NCBI RefSeq assembly: GCF_006345805.1
Contig: NW_021833653.1
Span: 1 to 62,954 of the forward strand
DNA length: 62,954 nucleotides
From: Octopus sinensis
Taxonomy: Eukaryota
Direction: 5' to 3'
Positions 52,874 to 62,954 of the stretch are shown here, one piece after another. A model generated the notes under the pieces. It worked only from the letters and a program-made list of their open reading frames with translations. It ran no database searches and had not been told where the DNA came from. Position 1 is the first letter of the stretch; every line of letters starts with the position of its first letter. A program made the position numbers and the translations under genes.

Positions 52874-53306
52874 CTAGTGCCGACAAAACTCTAAAACTAT
52901 TTTGTGTTGTATCACTTAAATTCTTTAAAATCTGTCTGTGCTTACTTGTAGATATTTTATGGTGTCAAACTCAATTACTTCCACTGAGGATAGAAAATAT
53001 TGCTCAACATTTTTTCAGTAAATCTTCCTCAGGAAAAGACCAATGCCAAAAAAAAATCAGCAACAACAACAAGAACAACGAACCGTTGGGAAAACTTCTT
53101 ACGAAACAACCTTCGCACCCAGATATTATGAAGAGTTGGAATCAGTCACATATACTAATTCCCGTTGTTGAGTTTTAGTATTTTTGTCTACTCCAGGGAA
53201 TCGAACTGTATTTTTATAGGTTTTTAACAAGACATTTAACGAAACAGTCACATGGTATTTTGTTCAACATACGGTCGATGATCGATGTCCAGCAAAGGAT
53301 AAAGTC

Positions 53307-53538
53307 ATAATAATAATAATAATAATTAATAACAATAATGATGATGATGATGATGATTATGATGAATAATGATGTTGACGAAGATAATAATAATAATAAT
53401 AATAATAATGATAATAATAATAATAATGATGATAATAATAATAATGATGATAATAATAATAATGATGATAATAATAATAATAATAATAATAATAATATTA
53501 ATTATAATAATATAATAATAATAATAACAATAATAATA
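53307..53538. repeat. (AAT/GAT)n trinucleotide array
   Basis: Seen directly in the sequence. Confidence 0.95.
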
Positions 53539-53789
53539 GTCAGAGACTAAGGCGAACAATCATGGGGCATTAAAGTTATGAATTCGAATGTGAAAAAATA
53601 TATATAACTGAAAAAATATTCTACAGCTGTACTTACAGGTTCAATCTACCGCCCAGTTCTTGTGCTGTTTTAAACAGTCGAAGTGCTTCGTCACTTGCAA
53701 AGTAGGAGTATTGAATTAAAATAGAAAACCCAACATTTGTAAGAGGGGTGGAAAGATAGTTGGAATCAGCATGCCCCCAACATTTAATA

Positions 53790-54436
53790 TTCCTTCTAAA
53801 CTGTGCAAACAGAAGCGTTTAAATTCTGAACGTCACTAGCGATAATTGAGCGAGGGACATCACGTGATCGAATAGACTTTACTTTAATATTTGAAGCTAT
53901 TATCTTTGCCTTTACCTCAGCAGCAGTTGAAGCGTGGTTATGGATCCGAATCTTCGTAAGGTCTTTATAATTTTCATCTGTTTGAAGTCTAGCCTTGCAC
54001 ACACGATTTTCGCACCTCCAGTATATCTTCAATCCATCTGCATTCTACTTTTTTTGTGTATATATAATTTTATTGATCGACCACTTTGATTTTACCTTTT
54101 TCTACAGGTAGACATGATGGGTAGGAGTACTGAATAAATTTAATTCGATTTGCTTCAAAAGTTTTGTTTGTAAACTGTCCAGCGTAGATACACAAGAGAG
54201 AGCGCGTAATAGAGAGAGGAGGTAAAGAAAGGAATATATAATGTATAAAGCTGTACAATAACATTTTTAATTCTAAGATGATTGTTCTAGACTTTCCCAC
54301 GAAAATCACGTTTCAGAGTATTTTGGGACGAATTGGTCAGTGATGAATTGACCTGGAGATGAATTGATCAACGACGAATTGACCGGGGACAAATTAACCA
54401 GAGGCGAAAGAAGCGGAGAGGAATTGTCCAAACGCC
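53790..54436 (-). mobile_element. MULE (Phantom-like) transposon 5' remnant with a FLYWCH domain and 15-bp subterminal repeats
   Basis: KGKIKVVDQ*NYIYTKK/ADGLKIYWRCENRVCKARLQT...IRIHNH is a FLYWCH domain; seven ~15-bp units gacgaattgaccggg at 54327-54432 end in aaacgcc. Confidence 0.7.
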
Positions 54437-54555
54437 GTAGACATGCATGTATGCATATATATATTATATATAGCATTGGTAGTGCATATGGATGATTAAC
54501 CGGAGTACATGATTACATCATCAGAACAGACTTTATTGCATTAAGTTACAAAGAA

Positions 54556-54596
<41 letters not shown>

Positions 54597-54644
54597 TATA
54601 TATATATACATACACACATATGTATACATATATGTACATATATC

Positions 54645-54714
<70 letters not shown>

Positions 54715-54852
54715 ATTAGGATAAAACCACTATTGAGCAATTCAAACAGTGAAAAACTAAGCCAATACATAAAATTAATTTAAAAATATAAAAGTTAAAA
54801 ATTAAAAAAATTATTAAAATAATTTTAACTTATAAATCTTAAATATATATAT

Positions 54853-54892
<40 letters not shown>

Positions 54893-55255
54893 TTTTATAT
54901 TATTTTGTTTATTAATTAATTAATTAATTAATTTATTTATTTATTTATTTTTTATCTATTAAAAGTTTAATACCAATTCGGTGTGTGTTGCGTTCCATTA
55001 CTTGGTAAATGAAACGATGTATAAACAAATGACATAACTAAAAACTGAACGTAAAAACAAATGGGAAACAAACAGAAAGTCCAAAATTTGCGACTGGTTA
55101 CCTCAAAGACTAGTCTAAGAAAGGAAGAAGACGAGAAAATGGCCGCTATCTACTCCCCTCTGCCTGCTGCCGTCACATCACTGAAGAGTATTATTGGTCG
55201 ATAGCTGAAGATGAATTATGGACTTTCTGTTTCGTCTATATATATATATATATAG

Positions 55256-55565
55256 AGGCACAGGTGTGGCAGTGGGATAAGAAGATCGCCTCTCAACCAT
55301 ATGGCTTCGGGTTGTGTCCTACAGCGTAGCACCTTGGGAAAGTGTCTTCTATTATAGCCGCGGGCGGGCCAAAACTTTGTGAGTGGATTTTGGTAAACGG
55401 AAATTGAAAGAAGCCGTAAACTAGCGGTTCGACAGAAGAGAGCGATAGAATAATCACCAGGTTTAAAATGTCTACATAATAATGTCAGTTTCTTCCACTA
55501 AACTTTACTAGGCCGTGCTCCAGCATGACCGCGTACAATGATTGATTGAAACGAATAGAAAGAAT
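55256..55565 (+). mobile_element. SINE family A, old copy with an internal deletion
   Basis: Diverged homology to other copies. Confidence 0.7.
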
Positions 55566-56047
55566 AAATAAAAACCAAATTATCAAACCAAATTTTAAAA
55601 ATCTGTGTAGTTCCATCGCAATTCATTTGCTAACACAGATCCAAGTTAGAGATTGCTTATATTTCCGTAGAGGATTTTCTCCGAGATCAAAATATATCCG
55701 GCCTTGTTTCCAATGAAAGAAATAATGCAGCCCGATCACAAACGTTATTTTCCTTTTATGTAATTCTATGACGTCAGCTGTATTTAATGTGTCCCAGCTA
55801 TAACACATGCTATCGAATACTAACATGTTGCGGACTTTCTTTACAATGAAACACAGAAATAAATGCTTTTTTTTAGCTTTTATAGTTCTATATTACGTTC
55901 TTTCATCGACTGTTAACTAAAGAGGATATGAAAGCCCAACTGATGCATCAGTGTTGACATGCCTGGAGAGGATCAAACGGTGGTAGTATATTCATAAAAA
56001 TAAATACAGGTATATTTGTTAATATATATACGTACACCTCTCCTTCT

Positions 56048-56050
<3 letters not shown>

Positions 56051-56101
<51 letters not shown>

Positions 56102-56239
56102 ATGTATGTATGTGTGTGTATATATATATATATATATAATATATATATATGTGTATATATATATGTAGTATGTATGTGTGTGTATATATATATATATATA
56201 TAATATATATATATATATATGTATGTATGTGTGTGTATG

Positions 56240-56276
<37 letters not shown>

Positions 56277-56277
56277 G

Positions 56278-56328
<51 letters not shown>

Positions 56329-56331
56329 ATG

Positions 56332-56375
<44 letters not shown>

Positions 56376-56599
56376 CACATATATATAATATATATATACA
56401 TATATATACACATATATATATATATACATACATACATACACACACACATATATATATATATATATAATATATATATACATACACATATATATATATATAG
56501 ACATATATATATATATACATACATACATACACACACACATATATATATATATAGACATATATATATATAATATATATATACATACACATATATATATAT
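56051..56599. repeat. TA/TG/CA low-complexity array
   Basis: Seen directly in the sequence. Confidence 0.95.
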
Positions 56600-56850
56600 T
56601 TTGGTAAAAACGGTAAGATAACAAAAGAAAGAAAGAGACCTCAATATTATGTAAACAGAGGAAATTTATCTATAAAATAATATGTTACAATTACTCAATA
56701 GTCAAGATATAAAACTCTGAGTTTCAGATGCCGAAGTGGAAATCCACAACGCCATCTCTTCGGTTATCTGGCTATGTGGATTTCCACTTCGGCATCTGAA
56801 ACTCAGAGTTTAATCTTGACTATTGAGTAATTGTAACATATTATTTTATA
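56600..56850 (-). mobile_element. H3 element (hammerhead 56709-56767) with a ~77-bp inverted duplication
   Basis: Arms 56671-56748 and 56775-56850 are near-perfect reverse complements; minus strand reads ATAA-CCGAAGA-GATG...CATC-T-GAAA-CTC(A)GAG-TT-TTAT. Confidence 0.7.
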
Positions 56851-56854
56851 TATA

Positions 56855-56896
<42 letters not shown>

Positions 56897-57627
56897 TGCA
56901 TATGTAATGCAAAAAATGTTGTTTAACCATTCAAAGGCATATTATTTACTTTAATTCATTCACGAACTTTCCTCTACACAAACAGTTATAAATTCTTTTT
57001 TCTATATAAAATTTTTCTAGAATTTTATTCCTGTTTATTGCCAAACATACACCAACAATAAGATTGGTTTTATTTACTTATTTATTTATTTATTTATTTA
57101 ATTATGTTTTCATTGCATAATATACAAGCAACCGAGAGTAATAATCCGCCAGACAACCCAGAGCTTTCAATATATCGATTTACGTTACGAACGCATTTCC
57201 AACAGAACTAATGGGGTTATAAGCATCGCCTTCTTATCATCACCTTTCAGCATCTGGCAAAGAGATGTACTTGAAACATGCTACATACACAATTAAGGCA
57301 TACACAGAATATTTTAGGGATCTATAGTTGTGGTGGCGTCAGACCGCTGCCCCGAATCTTCATGGCTTATAGCTGCGCTGGTTATAAAGTCTATAGAAAA
57401 TATTTGTTTATGTTGACTTTAAGAACAGTCCAGAGACTCTAATGGTGTTTCTTTATTCATCAGCTGTCCTATGATAAAATGAGTCTCAACCGCAGAATGG
57501 AAGATTTATCAGAGAATCGCACGAAATCTCATTCGACCTGAGTTCACATCCAGCCGAGGTCACCTTTTATTTTCGTATTTGCATCCTCCCTCGAAAAGAC
57601 AGAAATCACTTACATATATATATATAT

Positions 57628-57781
57628 GAGTTCAAATTCCGCCGAGGTCGACTTTGCCTATCATCCTTTCGGGGTCGATAAATAAAGTACCAGTTTCGCA
57701 CTGGGGTCGATGTAATCGACTTAATCCCTTTGTCTGTCCTTGTTTGTCCCCTCTATGTTTAGCCCCTTGTGGGCAGTAAAG

Positions 57782-57786
<5 letters not shown>
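57628..57786 (+). mobile_element. SINE family C, 3' part, between TA arrays
   Basis: Homology to the 36298 trimer unit. Confidence 0.85.
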
Positions 57787-57820
<34 letters not shown>

Positions 57821-58916
57821 AGGGAAAACGTACAGGGGAAAATTCAATTTAACAATTTTAAATCAAATTTCATAATATCTATATATCTCCATATAGACAA
57901 CATATACTACAAAAACCTTATTTTAAAAATCAATATTTACTATTTATTGTACCTTATTGATTTTTAGGTTAAGGTTGTTATAGTATATGTTTTCTATATG
58001 GTGTGAATAACATCTTACATTATTGAATTGTTTAATAGTGATTTTCTCTAAATTATATATATATATATATATATATATAATAAATATTAGGGAATAAATC
58101 CAAATTTACAGGGAAAAATCAGATTTAGGATTGAATCCAATTTTATAGTAAAATATTATATAATATTAATTAGAGACAAAACTACTATTTTGCAAATCAA
58201 ACAAAGAAAGACTTAATCCAATACATAAAAAAATTTAATATAAATTAAATAAAATTAAATTCAAAATAAATTCCTTTCTATGTATGTATGTATGTATGTA
58301 TGTATATATGTATGTATGTATGTATGTATGCATGTATGTATGCATGTCTGTATTGAGTGATACAGGTATGGCGACTTACATTCTGGACTTTAATTTTCTG
58401 TGTCCGAATCTAAGTCTCCTTACCTGTATTGTTCAATAAATATAGTCCTCTATTCCCAAGAATATTGAGGTCTATCTCGTTTCTGATCCCACATCATTTG
58501 TCCACGCACGCACACGCACACACACACACACACACACACATACACACACATACACACACACACATATAAATATAATTATATACACAGGAGCATTTTATCG
58601 TTCGCTCGATTCAATGAAGAAGCGGCTGTGCACTCCACACTTACGTGTATCCTTAATGTAATCGTTTCACCGGTGCATTCCATTTAACGGGATTCCACAT
58701 AGTTTCCGATTACTCGGTATCGATCCCAAACCTTAGGTCAACTCGAGACTATGAGAGACAAAAGTTTCCTAAAATGATAATAACGCCATGTGAGGCATAG
58801 TTCGCTTACAATCCGTTCATTCATCGTATATCTAAGACTGCATTATTAAAAGTTTACAGACTGGTGAACGGAGGGAGGCTTGGGTGCATTTTCTAGCAAA
58901 TCTTGCGATCACTAAG

Positions 58917-59149
58917 CATGGATATTGCTGCGGTTTACCTTCAGTCGAGACCCAGACTGATAGATTTAACAGCAAGCCTATTCTGCCCGAGGCCATCCTA
59001 ATATTTTTTCTAAGTACCCAGAAGCGCAATATACATGGATATTGTTGAGGATTATCTTCAAGCCAGACCCTGACTGATAGATCTAACATCAAGCTTATTC
59101 CACCCGTGGCCATCCTAATTTTTTTCTATGTGCCCAGAAGCATATTATG
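58917..59149. repeat. Diverged 117-bp tandem duplication
   Basis: catggatattg...gactgatagat.taaca.caagc.tattc..cccg.ggccatcctaa...cccagaagc at 58917 and 59034. Confidence 0.8.
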
Positions 59150-59464
59150 CAGTATGTCCATTTTTAAAACGTCAAAATGTGTTACGGGGCGGGATTAGAT
59201 TCGGGTGAAATTTAGCTTCTATTTTTAGGAGATCCATTGACCACGTTCAGTCAATCCCAGTACAATGGTGGTGTTGATGGTGGTGATGCTTGCAGTAATG
59301 GTTGATTGTGTTTGTAGTTTCATGTCGATTGTCAAGCATGTTGCCATAGTAACAACGAAAGTAGTATTTGAGGATGCTTGCTGCAAGAATTTGAAAAGGT
59401 CGCTCACATTGTTGGTTTTGATTCTGTCAGCGGCAATAATTGAAACAGCAGTGGTAATAGCCAT

Positions 59465-59664
59465 AGTAGTAGTAGTTGTTGTAGTAGTAGTAAAAGTAGT
59501 AGTAGAAGTAATAGTAGTAGTATTGTAGTAGTATTATAGTAGTAGTAGTAGTAGTAGTAGTGGTAGTGGTGATGGTGGTGGTAGTAGTAGTAGTAATGTT
59601 GGTGATGGTGGTGGTAGTAGTAGTAGTAGTAGTGGTAGTGGCGGTGATGGTGGTGGTGATGGTG

Positions 59665-59699
<35 letters not shown>

Positions 59700-59863
59700 G
59701 GTAATAGTAGTAGTAGTAGTAATGTTGGTGATGGTGGTGGTAGTAGTAGTAGTAGTAGTGGTAGTGGCGGTGATGGTGGTGGTGATGGTTGTAGTAGTAG
59801 TAGTAGTAGAAGTAGTAGTAGTAGTGGTAATAGTAGTAGTAGTAGTATTAGTAGTAGTAGTAG
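59465..59863. repeat. (GTA/GTG)n compound trinucleotide array with a higher-order internal duplication
   Basis: The block gtaatgttggtgatggtggtggtagt...gtggcggtgatgg is repeated. Confidence 0.9.
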
Positions 59864-60409
59864 TTTTTTGTTATTATTCCTCTTGTGCCTGTGTCTCAAT
59901 AATTGCATTCAACATAAAATGTGGAGTAGTTGTGGATTTCTTTTATCAATTGAATTGCACGCCGTACGCATGCGTACATCTGCACAATGTGAATGTATGT
60001 ATGTATGTATGTATGTATGTATGTATGTAGTATGTATGTATGTATATGTGTGTGAGTGTGTGTTTCTGTGTATGGTGGTAAACAGTCTTGTGTTTGTGTT
60101 AGTGTATGTGTGAATTATGAACGGTTGTGTGTGTGTTCGCAATTTTCGGGGACACAAGTTGTGTATGGTGCAACAGAATGACATATCGATGTATATATGT
60201 AATCATTCATATACGAGTGATTGGGTGTGTATGTGCGCATCTGGTTAGCTTACTACATAATTTACATGTCGATCACGCACACAGAAGAAATTACTTTTTT
60301 TAATAATCTGGGATCATTGAAATGCCTACATACTATTACGATGCAAAGACGCGAATCAGTCAAGAATTAAGAATCTAATATTGATTATGATTTTGATGTT
60401 TGATTTTTC

Positions 60410-60454
60410 CAGTTTCAGCTTATGAGCTGTGGCCATGCTGGGGCACCGCCATTT
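60410..60454 (-). mobile_element. Isolated LINE 3' tail
   Basis: Reverse complement aaatggcggtgccccagcatggccacagctcataagctgaaactgg is nearly identical to 38546-38590. Confidence 0.7.
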
Positions 60455-60717
60455 AAAGAAATAACTCGACCACGACGAGTTATTTGAATCCTAAATCTAG
60501 TTAGGAATTTTAACGGCAATTTTCATAGAATTCTAAAATAAATCTAACATTGTTATTAACAAGAATAACAAATGAAATAAATATTTCATATTCTCAAATT
60601 ATATTTGTGACATTTATGCAATTGAATATAGAACGAATAACCAACTTTTAAATAAAAAAAAATTTAATCAGACTCTGTGAAAGTACGAAAATCGTCGTAG
60701 AGGGGACAAGAAATATA

Positions 60718-61964
60718 TTGGGTCATCCCTTATGCGGTTTTTGCATGGACTAAAAGTCGGAGGGTCACGGCAGGAACTATCTGCATCAACTTGCTATAAA
60801 AGCAGGTAGTAATTTTACTTTGTACTTATTCTTAGTGCAAGTTTTGAAGAGTGCAGTTCGATTTTAGAAGTCATTTTTCCAAAGCTATAGAGGAAGTGAC
60901 AAAGGAGCATATTCGGCATATTTTGGTTTATGAGTTCAATAGGAAACAGCGCAACGGAAAGTGCGAGGAATATTAATGCAGTATATTGGGATCGGACAAT
61001 AAGCGTGAGCCAGTGTCAACGGTGGTTCCAGAAATTCCGAGCTGGAAACTACAGGCTAGAAGATGTGCCTCGTTCTGGAAGATCCGTAAAATTCGACGAG
61101 GATGTGCAGCAAACTCTGGTGGAACAAAATCACATCGTAGCTAGCAGAGAAACTTGGATTTGGTCATTCGACCGTTCATCGATACCTGCGTGTCATCGGA
61201 AATGTCAGCATATTGGATAAATAGGTTCCTCAGGAACTTTCCGAGTCTAATCGAGCGCTGAGAGTGAATGAGTGCTCTTTTTACCGTCACGTCTCACGAA
61301 TTACCCTTTTGGGGGCAGAATATTGAGTCGTCACGAGAAATGCGTTCCCTATAAAAACGTCAAGCGCCGAAGACAATGGTTAGGGAAAGGAGAAACCACG
61401 GTCCCCCAGGATAAAGAAGGTTTCACCCACGTAAATTGTAGCTAACTGTTTAGTGGAACATGAAAGGTTTAGTCCACTTTGAACTGTTAAATCCATACCA
61501 AATGATAACAAAGGAGATCTACTGCGAGCAGCTTGAGCGGCTTAAGTCAGCAGTAGAAGAAAAACGACCATCTTTTGTTGCAAGACAAAAGGTGCTCTTC
61601 CGTCTGCCACATTGGTCTGCCACATAGTGAGGATGACACTGTACAGGCTGGAGCAGTTTGAGTGGGAAACAATGCCCCACCAACTATATTCTCCGGCCAT
61701 TGCCCCATCTGATTATTATTTATTCTGCAGTCATTTAGACGGAAAAAATATGAATTCTGTAGACGAGGTCAGAACAGTATTGGAGGAGTATTTTTCATCA
61801 TGGACAAGTGAATTTTGGAAGAGGGACCTTGCAGGTCTACAAAATACATGGAAGAGCCTTGAAGAAAATGAAGGTGAGAATATTTTAGATTAAAAACTTA
61901 GTTTATCTTAATTTTGAAAAATAAAAGAAGTATAAAAAACTGCATTATTCATGAGATGAGCCAA
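60718..61964 (+). mobile_element. Full-length decayed mariner transposon (~1247 bp) with TA TSDs
   Basis: TIRs ttgggtcatccc..atgcggttttt and reverse-complement ttggctcatctc..atgcagtttttt, with TA on both sides. Confidence 0.9.
60887..61893 (+). pseudogene. Mariner (DD34D-type) transposase pseudogene
   Basis: EHIRHILVYEF/GNSATESARNINAVY...CQRWFQKFRAGNYRLEDVPRSGRS, *VPQEL (WVPHEL motif), YSPAIAPSDYYLF (YSPDLAP motif); multiple frameshifts and stops. Confidence 0.9.
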
Positions 61965-62287
61965 TATATATTGAAGTATTAAAGAGAGGTTAAAATTTTG
62001 AAATAGACACGAAAACACAAGACGTAATTCAAACCAAAGTGCCGTAATATCTTTACCCGCGTTCCTAAATATTTGCATTATTAGCTCTATAAAAATGAGA
62101 TGGAATTGATTAGTGTTAGGAAGAAAAGCTTAATTAGTATGTTAATAATATTACTTGTCAAATTAGGAATTCAATTAACTGTTGTTAATGGAATCGCATT
62201 AGCATATCCATAAATAAAGATGCAAAGATTTCCAATTCAATCTCAAAAACATTATCCCTCTATTGCAAATAGAATACTATTCTAGTA

Positions 62288-62660
62288 GTGGAGGAGCAAT
62301 GGCCCGGTGGTTAGGGAAGCGGACTCGCGGTCGAACGATCGCGGTTTCGATTCCCAGGTCGGGCATTATGAGTGTTTATTGAGAAAAACTACAAAAGTTC
62401 CACGAGGCACTAGCAGAGGGTAGGTGGAGAATCCTGCTGTATTCTTTCTCTATTTCTTCCTGTTTCTATTGTACCAGTATTTCAAAGGGGCCAGCTTTGT
62501 CACATTCTGTGTCACACTGGATTGGCCCCCCGAGAACTACGATAAGGGTACACGTGTGTGTGGAGTATTCAACCACTTGGACGTTAATTTCACGAGCAAG
62601 CTGTTCCGTTGATCGGATCAACTGGAACCCTCGTCGTCGTAACCGACGGAATACCACGAC
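62288..62660 (+). mobile_element. SINE family B, full length, with TSD actattctag
   Basis: TSD at 62276-62285 and 62662-62671. Confidence 0.9.
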
Positions 62661-62954
62661 AACTATTCTAGAATGAAAAAAGTGATACCGATAAAGTTAT
62701 AATTATAAACGCTATGGAAACTCGAAGCTGACATCCAATAAAGAAATCTTCGAAAATGTGGTACTTTACTACTTAATGTAAGTAATAAAAAGTCAGCAAG
62801 TTCTAATACCATGGTTTTATCTAATTTGTACCCTTAAAGTGTAATGTTTAAGATTGCTCTAATCTTAATATTAATAAACATGTTCCTATGAATCACCGAT
62901 GCGGAAAATTATTTCAAATTATTCCAAGCTGGATAACTGCTGTAATACAAATTT

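Noticed and set aside
59340-59353. RFX X-box-like GTTGCCATAGTAAC (a weaker match lies at about 4265)
   Set aside because: It is a single short motif beside degenerate GTT/GTA repeats with no identifiable promoter or gene, so a chance match is plausible.
60930-61893. SETMAR-like host gene
   Set aside because: No SET domain, flanked by TIRs and TA TSDs, and disrupted: a plain mariner relic.

Overview
AT-rich, microsatellite-saturated animal DNA with no intact host protein-coding gene that I can support. It is most likely intronic or intergenic sequence from a cephalopod (Octopus-like); this is inferred from the SINE families and repeat load. Nearly all ORF-track entries are translations of (TA)n, (CA)n or (AAT)n arrays or of SINEs. 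The window holds three abundant tRNA-derived SINE families, LINE fragments (RTE, R4/Dong, CR1/L2 group and an L1/Tx1-like ORF1), Penelope-like (PLE) RT and GIY-YIG remnants, a full-length decayed mariner, two Tc1/mariner MITEs and a FLYWCH MULE remnant. The most notable signal is about 13 type-I hammerhead-ribozyme-like motifs (CTGANGA...GAAA...TH with pairable stems) in about 8 short non-coding sequence contexts, mostly at microsatellite edges. One of these is a ~210-bp family with four copies and shared ends, a candidate PLE-dependent ribozyme-bearing mini-retroelement. Also notable are a decayed Myb/SANT plus tandem-CCCH ORF, a SINE/LINE shared 3' tail and an isolated 26-bp-stem hairpin. 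All calls were made by eye and coordinates are approximate to a few bases.
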